Shown piece by piece: positions 13,801-28,175 of a stretch of DNA of 64,000 nt. The position numbers and the translations under genes are program-made. Source of the stretch: the human T2T-CHM13v2.0 reference genome, Homo sapiens; assembly GCF_009914755.1 (NCBI RefSeq), contig NC_060933.1. The stretch is one strand, 5' to 3'. Every line of letters starts with the position of its first letter. Positions within the stretch are counted from its first letter, which is position 1. The notes below the pieces were generated by a model, which saw only the letters and a list, made by a program, of their open reading frames with translations, was not told the DNA's origin and ran no database searches.

Positions 13801-16800
13801 ATGGAATGGAATGGAATGGAATGGAATCAAACCGAGTGCAATGCAATGGAGTGGAATGGAATGGAATCAACCCGAGTGCAGGGGAATGGAATGGAATGGA
13901 ATGCAATGGAATGGAATCATTGGTAATGGAATGGAAAGGAATGGAATGGAATGGAATGGAATGGAATGGAATGGAATGGAATCAACACGATTGCAATCGA
14001 ATGGAATGGAATGGAATTAACCCGAATAGAATGGAATGGAATGGAATGGAACGGAACGGATTGGAATAGAATGGAATTGAACGGAACGGAATGGAATGGA
14101 ATGGAATGGAATGGAATGGAATGGAATCAACGTGAGTGCAGGGGAATGGAATGGAATGGAATGCAATGGAATGGAATCTTCCGGAATGGAATGGAATGGA
14201 ATGGAATGGAATGAAATGCAATGGATTCAACTCGATTGCAATGGAATGGAATAGAATGGAATGGAATGGAATGGAATGGAATTAATCCGAATTGAATGGA
14301 ATGGAATGTAATGGAAAGGAATGGAACGGAATGGAATGGAATGGAATGGTATGGAATGGAATGGAATGGTACGGAATAGAATGGAATGGAACGAATTGTA
14401 ATGGAATGGAATTGAATGGAAAGGAATGGAATGGAATCGAATCAACGAGAGTGCAGGGGAATGTAAAGGAACGGAATGCAATGTAAAGGAATCATACGGA
14501 ATGGAATGGAATGGAATGGAATGGTATGGAATCAACCCGAGTGCAATGGAATGGAGTGGAATGGAATGGAATGCAATGGAACAACCCGAATGGAATGGAA
14601 TGTAATGGAGAGTAAGGGAGTTGAATAGAATCAATCCGAATGTAATGGAATGGAATGCAACGGAATGGAATGGAATGGAATGGAATGGAATGGAATGCAA
14701 TAGAATGGAATCAACTTTAGTACAATGGAATGGAATGGAATGGAATGGAATGGAATGGAATAAAATGGAATGATACGGAATAGAATGGAATGGAACGAAA
14801 TGGAATGGAATGGAAGGGAATGGAATGGAATCGTTCCGAGTGCAATAGGAGGGAATGTATTCGAGTGGAATGGAAAGGAATGTAATCAACCAGAGTGGAA
14901 TGGAAGGGAATGGAATGGAATGGAAACTAATAGAATGGAATCAACCCAAGTGGAATGGAATGGAAAGGACTGGAATGGAATGGAATGGAATGGAATCAAC
15001 TCGATTGTAATGGAATGGAATGGAATGGAATGCAATGGAATGGAATCAACCCGAGTGCAGGGGAATGGAATGGAATGGAATGCAATGGAATGGAATCATC
15101 CGGAATGGAATGGAATGGAATGGAATGGAATGGAATGGAATGGAATCAACTCGATTGCAATGGAATGGAATGGAATGGAAAGGAATGGAAGGGAATGCAA
15201 TGGAATGTAATCAACACGAGTGCAGGGGAATGGAATGGAATGGAATGCAATGGAATGGAATCATCCGGAATGGAATGGAATGGAATGGAATGGAATGGAA
15301 TGGAATGGTATCAACTCGATTGCAATGGAATGGAATGGAATGGAAAGGAATGGAAGGGAATGGAATGGAATGTAATCAACCCGAGTGCAGGGGAATGGAA
15401 TGGAATGGAATGCAATGGACTGGAATCATCCGGAATGGAATGGAATGGAATGGAATGCAATCAACCCGATGCAATGGAATGGAGTGGAATGGAATGGAAT
15501 GGAATGGAAACATCCCCAATGGAATAGAATGGAATGGAGTGTAAAGGAATTGAATAGAATCAATCCGAATGTAATGGAATGGAATGGAATGAAATGGAAT
15601 GGAATGGAATGGAATGGAATCAACCCGAGTGCAATGGAATGGATTTGAATGGGATGGAATTGAATGGAATGGATTCAACAAGAATGGAATGGAAAGGAAT
15701 GGAATCAACCCGAGTGTAATGGCATGGAATGGAATGGAATGGAATGGAATGGGATGGAATGGAATGGTACGGAATAGAATGGAATGGAATGAAATGGAAT
15801 GGAATGGAATTTAATGGAATGGAATGGAATGAACCTGTGTGCAATGTAATGGAATGTAATGGAATGGAATGGATTCAACTCGAATGGAATCAACATGATT
15901 GCAATGGAATGGAATGGAATGGAAAGGAATAGAATGGAATCAACCCGAGTGGAATGGAGTGGAATGGAATAGAATGGAATTTACCCGAATAGAATGGAAT
16001 GGAATGGAATGGAACGGAATGTAATGGAATGGAATGGAATGGATTCAACCCGAGTGCAGGGGAATGGAATGGAATGGAATGCAATGGAATGGAATCATCC
16101 GGAATGGAATGGAATTGAATGGAATGGAATGGAATGGAATGTAATCAACTCGATTTCAATGGAATGGAATGGAATAGAATGGAATGGAATTAACACGAAT
16201 AGAACGGAATGGAATTGAATGGAATGGAATGGAACGGAAAGGAATGGAATGGAATGGAATGGAATCAACCCAAGTGCAGGGGAATTGAATGGAATGGAAT
16301 TCAATGGAATGGAATCATCCGGAATGGAATGGAATGGAATGGAATGGAATGGAATGGAATCAACACGAGTGCAATGGAATGGAGAGGAATGGAATGGAAT
16401 GGAATGCAAAGTACCCGAATGGAATGGAATGTAATGGAGTGTAAGGGAATTGTATAGAATCAATCCGAAAGTAATGGAATGGAACGGAACGGAATGGAAT
16501 GCAACGGAATGGAATCAACCCGACTGCAATCGAATTGAATCGAATGGAATGGAATGAAATGGAATGCATTCAACTTGAATGGAATGGAAAGAGTGGAATC
16601 AACACGAGTGGAATGGCATGGAATGGAATGGAATGGATTGAAATCAACCCGAGTACAGGGGAATGGAATGGAATGGAATGCAATGGAATGGAATCATCCG
16701 TAATGTAATGGAAAGGAATGGAATGGAATGGAATGGAATGGAATGGAATCAACTCGATTGCAATCGAATGGAATGCAATGGAATTAACCCGAATAGAATG

Positions 16801-18085
16801 GAATGGAATGGAATGGAACGGAACGGAAAGGAACGGAATGGAATGGAATGGAAGGGAATGGAATCGAACGGAACGGAATGGAATGGAATGGAATGGAATT
16901 GAAAGGAATAAATGTCAGTGCAGGGGAATGGAATGGAATGGAATGCAATGGAATGGAATCTTCCGGAATGGAATGGAATGGAATGGAATGGAATTGAATG
17001 CAATGGATTCAACTCGATTGCAATGGAATGGAATAGAATGGAATGGAATGGAATGGAATGGAATGGAATTAACCCGAATAGAATGGAATGGAATGGAATG
17101 GAACGGAACGGAACGGAACGGAACGGAACGGAACGGAATGGAATGGAATGGAATGCAATGGAATTGTATGGAATGGAATGGAATGGTACGGAATAGAATG
17201 GAATGGAAAGAATTGGAATGGAATGGAATCGAATGGAATGGAATGGAATGGAATGGAATCAACCCGAATGCACGGGAATGGAATGGAATGTAATGCAATG
17301 GAATGGAATCATCCGTAATAGAATGGAATGGACTCAACCCGAGTGCAGGGGAATGGAATGGAATGTAATGCAATGGAATGGAATCATCCGTAATGGAATG
17401 GAAAGGAATGGAATGGAATGGAATGGAATGGAATGGAATGGAATGGAATCAACTCGATTGCAATCGAATGGAATGGAATGGAATTAACCCGAATAGAATG
17501 GAATGGAATGGAACGGAACGGAACGGAACGGAATGGAATGGAATGGAATGGAACGGAACGGAACGGAATGGAATGGAATGGAATGGAATGGAATGGAATG
17601 GAATCAAAGCGAGTGCAGGGGAATGGAATGGAATGGATTGCAATGGAATGGAATCAACCGGAATGGAATGGAATGGAATGGAATGGAATGGAATGGAATG
17701 GAATGGAATCGTTCCGAGTGGAATAGGAGGGAATGTATTCGAGTGGAATGGAAAGGAATGGAATCAACCAGAGAGGAATGGAAGGGAATGGAATGGACTG
17801 GAAACTAATAGAATGGAATCAACCCGAGTGGAATGGAATGGAAAGGAATGGAATGGAATGGAATGGAATGGAATGGAATGGAATGGAATCAACTCGATTG
17901 TAATGGAATGGAATGGAATGGAATGGAATGGAATGGAATGGAATTAACCCGAATTCAATGGAATGGAATGGAATGGAACGGAATGGAGTGGAATGGAATG
18001 CAATCAACCCGAGTGCAGGGGAATGGAACGGAATGGAATGCAATGGAATGGAATCATCCGGAAGGGAATGGAATGGAATGGAATG
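10813..18085 (+). repeat. Copy 2 of the ~7.27 kb tandem duplication
   Basis: Colinear with 3540-10812. Identity ends at ~18085, where GCAAAGCAATGG follows TCATCCGGAAGGG. Confidence 0.95.
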
Positions 18086-19349
18086 CAAAGCAATGGAATC
18101 AACTCGATTGCAATGGAATGGAATGGAATGGAAAGGAATAGAATAGAATCAACCCGAGTGGAATGGAATTGAAAGGACTGGAATGGAGTGGAATGGAATG
18201 GAACGGAATGGAATGGAATCAACTCGATTGGAATGGAGTGGAATGGAATTTGAATGGAATGGAATGGAATTAACCCGAATAGAATGGAATGGAATGGAAT
18301 GGAAAGGAATGGAATGGAATGGAATGGAATGCAATTAACCCGAATAGAATGGAATGGAATGGAATGGAAAGGAATGCAAGGGAATGGAATGGAATGTAAT
18401 CAACCCGAGTGCAGGGGAATGGAATGGAATTGAATGCAATGGAATGGAATCATCTGGAATGGAATGGAATGGAATGGAATGGAATGGAATGGAATGGAAT
18501 GAACCCGATGCAATGGAATGGAATGGAATGGAATGGAATGGAATGGAAACATCCCGAATGGAATGGAATGTAATGGAGTGTAAGGGAATTGAATAGAATC
18601 AGTCCGAATGTAATGGAATGGAATGTAATGAAATGGAATGGAATGGAATGGAATGGAATCAAACCGAGTGCAATGGAATGGATTCGAATGGAATGGAATG
18701 GAATGGAAAGGAATAGAATGGAATCAACCCGAGTGGAATGGAATGGAAAGGACTGGAATGGACTGGAATGGAATGGAATGGAATGGATTCAAATCGATTG
18801 GAATGGAATGGAATGGAATGGAATGGAATCAACTCGATTGCAATGGAATGGAATGGAATGGAATGGAATGGAATGGAATTAACCCGAATAGAATGGAATG
18901 GAATGGAATGGAACGGAATGTAATGGAATGAAATGGAATGGAATCAACCCGAGTGCAGGGGAATGGAATGGAATGGAATGCAATGGAATGGAATCATCCG
19001 GAATGGAATGGAATGGAATGGAATGGAATGGAATGGAATGGAATCAACTCGATTGCAATGGAATGGAATGGAATGGAAAGGAATGGAAGGGAATGGAATG
19101 GAATGTAATCAACACGAGTGCAGGGGAATGGAATGGAATGGAATGCAATGGAATGGAATCATCCGGAATGGAATGGAATGGAATGGAATGGAATGGAATG
19201 GAATGGAATCAACTCGATTGCAATGGAATGGAATGGAATGGAAAGGAATGGAAGGGAATGGAATGGAATGTAATCAACCCGAGTGCAGGGGAATGGAATG
19301 GAATGGAATGCAATGGAATGGAATCATCCGGAATGGAATGGAATGGAAT

Positions 19350-21560
19350 GGAATGCAATCAACCCGATGCAATGGAATGCAGTGGAATGGAATGGAATGG
19401 AATGGAAACATCCCGAATGGAATGGAATGGAATGGAGTGTAAGGGAATTGAATAGAATCAATCCGAATGTAATGGAATGGAATGGAATGAAATGGAATGG
19501 AATGGAATGGAATGGAATCAACCCGAGTGCAATGGAATGGATTTGAATGGAATGGAATGGAATGGAATGGATTCAACAAGAATGGAATGGAAAGGAATGG
19601 AATCAACCCTAGTGTAATGGCATGGAATGGAATGGAATGGAATGGAATGGAATGGGATGGAATGGAATGGTACGGAATAGAATGGAATGGAATGGAATGG
19701 AATGGAATGGAATGGAATGGAATGGAATGAACCCGTGTGCAATATAATGGAATGGAATGGAATGGAATAGATTCAACTCGAATGGAATCAACTCGATTGC
19801 AATGGAATGGAATGGAATGGAAAGGAATAGAATGGAATCAACCCGAGTGGAATGGAATGGAAAGGACTGGAATGGAGTGGAATGGAATGGAATGGAATTA
19901 ACCCGAATAGAATGGAATGGAATGGAATGGAACGGAATGTAATGGAATGGAATGGAATGGATTCAACCCGAGTGCAGGGGAATGGAATGGAATGGAATGC
20001 AATGAAATGGAATCATCCGGAATGGAATGGAATGGAATGGAATGGAATGGAATGGAATGGAATGGAATCAACTCGATTTCAATGGAATGGAATGGAATAG
20101 AATGGAATGGAATTAACACGAATAGAATGGAATGGAATTGAATGGAATGGAATGGAACGGAAAGGAATGGAATGGAATGGAATGGAATCAACCCAAGTAC
20201 AGGGGAATGGAATGGAATGGAATTCAATGGAATGGAATCATCCGGAATGTAATGGAATGGAATGGAATGGAATGGAATGGAATGGAATGGAATGGAATGG
20301 AATCAACCCGACTGCAGGGGAATGGAATGGAACGGAATGCAATAGAATGGAATCATAAGGAATGGAATGGAATGGAAAGGAATGGAATGGAATGGTATGG
20401 AATGGAATGGAATGATATGGAATGGAATGGAATGGTACGGAATAGAATGGAATGGAACGCATTGTAATGGAATGGAATAGAATGGAATGGAATGGAATGG
20501 AATGGAATCAACGCGAGTGCAGGGGAATGTAATGGAACGGAATGCAATGGAATGGAATCATCCGGAATGGAATGGAATGGAATGGAATGGAATGGAATGG
20601 AATCAACCCGAGTGCAATGGAATGGAGTGGAATGGAATGGAATGGAATGGAACAACACGAATGGAATGGAATGGAATGGAATGCAATCAACCCGATGCAA
20701 TGGAATGGAGTGGAATGGAATGGAATGGAATGGAAACATCCCGAATGGAATGGAATGGAATGGAGTGTAAAGGAATTGAATAGAATCAATCCGAATGTAA
20801 TGGAATGGAATGGAATGAAATGGAATGGAATGGAATGGAATGGAATCAACCCGAGTGCAATGGAATGGATTCGAATGGAATGGAATGGAATGGAATGGAT
20901 TCAACAAGAATGGAATGGAAAGGAATGGAATCAACCCGAGTGTAATGGCATGGAATGGAATGGAATGGAATGGAATGGGATGGAATGGAATGGTATGGAA
21001 TAGAATGGAATGGAATGAATTGGAATGGAATGGAATGGAATGGAATCGAATGGAATGGAATGAACCCGTGTGCAAAGTAATGGAATGGAATGGAATGGAA
21101 TGGATTCAACTCGAATGGAATCAACTCGATTGCAATGGAATGGAATGGAATGGAAAGGAATAGAATGGAATCAACCCGATTGGAATGGAATGGAAAGGAC
21201 TGGAATGGAGTGGAATGGAATGGAATGGAATTAACCCGAATAGCATGGAATGGAATGGAATGCAACGGAATGTAATGGAATGGAATGGAATGGATTCAAC
21301 CCGAGTGCAGGGGAATGGAATGGAATGGAATGCAATGGAATGGAATCATCCGGAATGGAATGGAATGGAATGGAATGGAATGGAATGGAATCAACTCGAT
21401 TTCAATGGAATGGAATGGAATAGAATGTAATGGAATTAACACGAATAGAATGGAATGGAATTGAATGGAATGGAATGGAACGGAAAGGAATGGAATGGAA
21501 TGGAATGGAATCAACCCAAGTGCATGGAATGGAATGGAATGGAATGGAATGGAAACATCC
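19350..21560 (+). repeat. Diverged ~0.9 kb duplication (~19350-20250 and ~20685-21560), offset ~1.33 kb
   Basis: The ordered markers CAACCCGATGC, GGAAACATCCCGA, TTCAACAAGAATGG, ACCCGTGTGC, CTCGATTTC and ACCCAAG occur in both. Confidence 0.8.
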
Positions 21561-24500
21561 GGAATGGAATGGAATGCAATGGAATGGAATGGAATGGAAT
21601 CAACCCGAGTGCAATGGAATGGAGAGGAATGGAATGGAATGGAACGAAAAATATCCGAATGGAATGGAATGTAATGGAGTGTAGGGGAATTGAATAGAAT
21701 CAATCCGAATGTAATGGAATGGAACGGAATGGAATGGAATGCAATGGAATGCAATCAACCCGAGTGCAATCGAATGGATTCGAATGGAATGGAATGCAAT
21801 GGAATGGATTCAACTTGAATGGAATGGAAAGAATGGAATCAACACGAGTGGAATGGCATGGAATGGAATGGAATGGAATGGAATCAACCCGAGTACAGGG
21901 GAATGGAATGGAATGGAATGCAATGGAATGGAATCATCCGTAATGTAATGGAAAGGAATGGAATGGAATGGAATGGAATGGAATGGAATCAACTCGATTG
22001 CAATCGAATGGAATGGAATGGAATTAACCCGAATAGAATGGAATGGAATGGAATGGAACGGAACGGAATGGAATGGAATGGAATGGAATGCAATGGAATG
22101 GAATGGAACGGAACGGAATGGAATGGAATGGAATGGAATGGAATGGAATTGAAAGGAATAAACGCGAGTGCAGGGGAATGGAATGGAATGGAATGCAATG
22201 GAATGGAATCTTCCGGAATGGAATGGAATGGAATGGAATGGAATGGAATGCAATGGATTCAACTCGATTGCAATGGAATGGAATAGAATGGAATGGAATG
22301 GAATGGAATGGAATTAACCTGAATAGAATGGAATGGAATGGAATGGAACGGAACGGAACGGAACGGAATGGAATGGAATGGAATGGAATGGAATTGTATG
22401 GAATGGAATCGAACGGTACGGAATAGAATGGAATGGAAAGAATTGGAATGGAATGGAATCGAATGGAATGGAATGGAATGGAATGGAATCAACCCGAGTG
22501 CAGGGGAATGTAATGAAACGGAATGCAATGGAATGGAATCATCCGGAATGGAATGTAATGTAATGGAATGGAATGGAATGGAATCAACACGAGTGCAATG
22601 GAATGGAGTGGAATGGAATGGAATGGAATGGAACAACCCGAATGGAATGGAATGTAATGGAGAGTAAGGGAGTTGAATAGAATCAATCTTAATGTAATGG
22701 AATGGAACGGAATGGAATGGAATGGAATGCAATGGAATGGAATCAACCCGAGTACAATGGAATGGAATGGAATGGAATGGAGAGGAATGGAATGGAATGG
22801 AATGGAAACTACCCGAATGGAATGGAATGTAATGGAGTGTAAGGGAATTGAATAGAATCAATCCGAATGGAATGGAATGGAATGGAACGGAATGTAATGT
22901 AATGGAATGGAATGGAATCAACCCGAGTGCAGGGGAATGGAATGGAATGGAATGCAATGGAATGGAATCATCCGGAATGGAATGTAATGGAATGCAATGG
23001 AATGGAATGGAATGGAATCAACCCGAGTGCAATGGAATGGAGTGAAATGGAATGGAATGGAATGGAAACAACCAGAATGGATTGGAATATAATGGAGTGT
23101 AAGGGAATTGAATAGAATCAATCTGAATGTAATGAAATGGAATGGAACGGAATGGAATGGAATGGAATGGAATGGAATGGAATGGAATGCAATGGAATGG
23201 AATCAACCCGAGTGCAATCGAATGGAATCGAATGGAATGGAATGCAATGGAACGGATTCAACTTGAATGGAATGGAAAGAATGGAATCAACACGAGTGGA
23301 ATGGCATGGATTGGAATGCAATGGAATGGAATCAACCCGAGTACAAGGGAATGGAATGGAATGGAATGCAATGGAATTGAATCATCCGTAATGGAATGGA
23401 ATGGAATGGAATGGAATGGAATGGAATGGAATGGAATCAACTCGATTGCAATCGAATGGAATGGAATGGAATTAACCCGATTAGAATGGAATGGAAAGGA
23501 ATGGAACAGAACGGAATGGAATGGAATGGAAAGGAAAGGAATGGAATGGAATGGAATGGAATGGAATTGAATGGAATGGAATCAACGCGAGTGCAGGGGA
23601 ATGGAATGGAATGGAATGCAATGGAATGGAATCTTCCGGAATGGAATGCAATGGAATGGAATGGAATGCAATGGATTCAACTCGATTGCAATGGAATGGA
23701 ATAGAATGGAATAAAATGGAATGGAAAGGAATGGAATGGAACGGAATGGAATGGAATGGAATGGAATGGAATAGAATGGAATTGAATGGAATGGAACGGA
23801 ACGGAACGGAACGGAACGGAACGGAATGGAATGGAATGGAATGGAATGGAATTGTATGGAATAGAAAGGAATGGTACGGAATTGAATGGAATGGAAAGAA
23901 TTGGAATGGAATGGAATGGAATGGAATGAAATCAACCCGAGTGCAGAGGAATGTAATGGATCGGAATGCAATGGAATGGAATCATCCGGAATTGAATGGA
24001 ATGGAATGGAATGGAATGGAATGGAATGGAATGGAATCAACCCCAGTGCAATGGAATGGAGTGGAATGGAATGGAATGGAATGGAACAACACGAATGGAA
24101 TGGAATGTAATGGAGAGTAAGGGAGTTGAATAGAATCAACCCGAATGTAATGGAATGGAAGGGAACGTAATGGAATGGAATGGAGTGCAATGGAATGGAA
24201 TCAACCCGAGTACAATGGAATAGAATGGAATGGAATGGAATGGAATGGAATGGAATGGAATGGAATGGAATCAACCCGAGTACAATGGAATGGAGAGGAA
24301 TGGAATGGAATGGAATGGAAACTATCCGAATGGGATGGAATGTAATGAAGTGTAAGGGAATTGAATAGAATCAATCCGAATGTAATGGAATGCAATGGAA
24401 CGGAATGCAATGTAATGGAATGGAATGGAATGGAATGGAATGCAATGGAATGGAATCAACCCGAGTGCAATCGAATGGAATCGAATTGAATGGAATGCAA

Positions 24501-27500
24501 TGGAATGGATTCAACTTGAATGGAATGGAAAGAATGGAATCAACACGAGTGGAATGGCATGGAATGGAATGGAATGGAATGGAATCAACCCGAGTACAGG
24601 GGAATGGAATGGAATGGAATGCAATGGAATGGAATCATCCGTAATGTAATGGAAAGGAATGGAATGGAATGGAATGGAATGGAATGGAATGGAATCAACT
24701 CGATTGCAATCGAATGGAATGGAATGGAATTAACCCGAATAAAATGGAATGGAATGGAACGGAACGGAACGGAACGGAATGGAATGGCATGGAATGGAAC
24801 GGAACGGAACGGAATGGAATGGAATGGAATGGAATGGAATGGAATGGAATCAACGCGAGTGCAGGGGAATGGAATGGAATGGATTGCAATTGAATGGAAT
24901 CTTCCGGAATGGAATGGAATGGAATGGAATGGAATGGAATGGAATGCAATGGATTCAACTCGATTGCAATGGAATGGAATAGAATGGAATGGAATGGAAT
25001 GGAATGGAATGGAATTAACCCGAATAGAATGGAATGGAATGGAACGGAATGGAACGGAACGGAATGGAATGGAATGGAATACAATGGAATGGAATGGAAT
25101 GGAATGGAATGTTATGGAATGGAATGGAATGGAATGGAATCAACGCGAGTGCAGGGGAATGTAATGGAACGGAATGCAATGGAATGGAATCATCCGGAAT
25201 GGAATGGAATGGAATGGAATCAACCCGAGTGCAATAGAATGGAGTGGAATGGAATGGAATGGAATGGAACAAACCGAATGGAATGGAATGTAATGGAGAG
25301 TAAGGGAGTTGAATAGAATCAATCCGAATGTAATGGAATGGAATGGAACGGAATGGAATGGAATGGAATGGAATGGAATGTGAAGGAATGGAATCAACCC
25401 GAGTACAATGGAATGGAATGGCAAGGAATGGAATGGAATGGAATGGAATGGAATGGAATGGAACTGAATGGATTGGAATTGAATGGAATGGAATGGCTTC
25501 AAACCGAATGGAAGGGAAAGGAATGGAATCAACACGATTGGAATGGAGTGGAATGGAATGGAATAGAATGGAATGGAATGGTACAGAATAGAATGGATTT
25601 CAACGAAATGGAATGGAATAGAATGGAATGGAATGGAATGGAATGGAATGGAATGGAATGGAATCGTTCCGAGTGGAATAGGAGGGAATGTATTCGAGGA
25701 ATCAACCAGAGTGGAATGGAAGGGAATGGAATGGAATGGAAACTAATAGAATGGAATCAACCCGAGTGGAATGGAATGGAAAGGACTGGAATGGAATGGA
25801 ATGGAATGGAATGGAATGGAATCAACTCGATTGTAATGGAATGGAATGGAATTGAATGGAATGGAATGGAATTAACCCGAATACAATGGAATGGAATGGA
25901 ATGGAACGGAATGGAGTGGAATGGAATGGAATCTACCCGAGTGCAGGGGAATGGAATGGAATGGAATGCAATGGAATGGAATCATCCGGAATGGAATGGA
26001 ATGGAATGGAATGCAAAGCAATGGAATCAACTCGATTGCAATGGAATGGAATGGAATGGAAAGGAATACATTGGAATCAACCCGAGTGGAATGGAATGGA
26101 AAGGACTGGAATGGAGTGGAATGGAATGGAATGGAATGGAATGGAAACAACTCGATTGGAATGGAATGGAATGGAATGGAATGGAATTAACCCGAATAGA
26201 ATGGAATTGAATGGAATGGAAAGGAACGGAATGGAATGGAATGGAATGGAATGGAATGGAATGGAATCAACCCGACTGCAGGGGAATGGAATGGAATGGA
26301 ATGCAATGGAATGGATTCAACTTCAATGGAATGGAAAGAATGGAATCAACACGAGTGGAATGGCATGGATTGGAATGGAATGGAATGGAATTAACCCGAG
26401 TACAAGGGAATGGAATGGAATGGAATGCAATGGAATGGAATCATCCGTAATGGAATGGAAAGGAATGGAATGGAATGGAATGGAATGGAATAGAATGGAA
26501 TGGAATCAACTCGATTGCAATCGAATGGAATGGAATGGAATTAACCCGAATAAAATGGAATGGAATCGAATGGAACGGAACGGAACGGAATGGAATGGAT
26601 TGGAATGGAATGGAATGGAATGGAACGGAATGGAATGGAATGGAATGGAATGGAATGGAATGGAATCAACGCGAGTGCAGGGGAATGGAATGGAATGGAA
26701 TGCAATGGAATGGAATCTTCCGGAATGGAATGGAATGGAATGGAATGGAATGGAATGGAATAAACCCGAGTACAATGGAATGGAGTGGAATGGAATGGAA
26801 TGGAATGGAACAACCCGAATGGAATGGAATGTAATGGAGAGTAAGGGAGTTGAATAGAATCAATCCGAATGTAATGGAATGGAATGGAACGGAATGGAAT
26901 TGAATGGAATGGAATGGAATGCAATGGAATGGAATCAACCCGAGAGCAATGGAATGGAGAGGAATGGAATGGAATGGAATGGAAACTACCCGAATGGAAT
27001 GGAATGTAATGGAGGGTAAGGGAATTGAATAGAATCAATCTGAATCTAATGGAATGGAATGGAACGGAATGGAATGGAATGGAATGGAATGGAATGGAAT
27101 GGAATGCAATGGAATGGAATGAACCCGAGTGCAATCGAATGGAATCGAATGGAATGGAATGCAATGGAATGGATTCAACTTGAATGGAATGGAAAGAATG
27201 GAATCAACACGAGTGGAATGGCATGGATTGGAATGGAATGGAATGGAATCAACCCGAGTACAGGGGAATGGAATGGAATGGAATGCAATGGAATGGAATC
27301 ACCCGTAATGGAATGGAAAGGAATGGAATGGAATGGAATGGAATGGAATGGAATGGAATGGAATCCACTCGATTGCAATCGAATGGAATGGAATGGAATT
27401 AACCCGAATAGAATGGAATGGAATGGAATGGAACGGAACGGAATGGAATGGAATGGAATGGAAAGGAATGGAACGGAACGGAACGGAATGGATGGAATGG

Positions 27501-28175
27501 AATGGAATGGAATGGAATGGAATCAAAGCGAGTGCAAGGGAATGGAATGGAATGGAATGCAATGGAATGGAATCTTCCGGAATGGAATGGAATGGAATGG
27601 AATGGAATGAAATGCAATGGATTCAACTCGATTGCAATGGAATGGAATAGAATGGAATGGAATGGAATGGAACGGAATGGAATGGAATGGAATGGAATGG
27701 AATGGTATGGAATGGAATGGAATGGTACGGAATAGAATGGAATGGAACGAATTGTAATGGAATGGAATTGAATGGAATGGAATGGAATGGAATGGAATCA
27801 ACGCGAGTGCAGGGGAATGTAATGGAACGGAATGCAATGGAATGGAATCATCCGGAATGGAATGGAATGGAATGGAATGGAATGGAATGGAATCAACCCG
27901 AGTGCAATGGAATGGAGTGGAATGGAATGGAATGGAATGGAACAACCCGAATGGAATGGAATGTAATGGAGAGTAAGGGAGTTGAATATAATCAATCCGA
28001 ATGTAATGGAATTGGATGCAACGGAATGGAAAGGAATGGAATGGAATGGAATGGAATGCAATGGAATGGAATGCAATGGAATGGAATCAACCCGAGTACA
28101 ATGGAACGGAATGTAATTTAATGTAATGGAATGGAATGGAATGGAATGGAATGGAATGGAATGGAATGGAATCAA

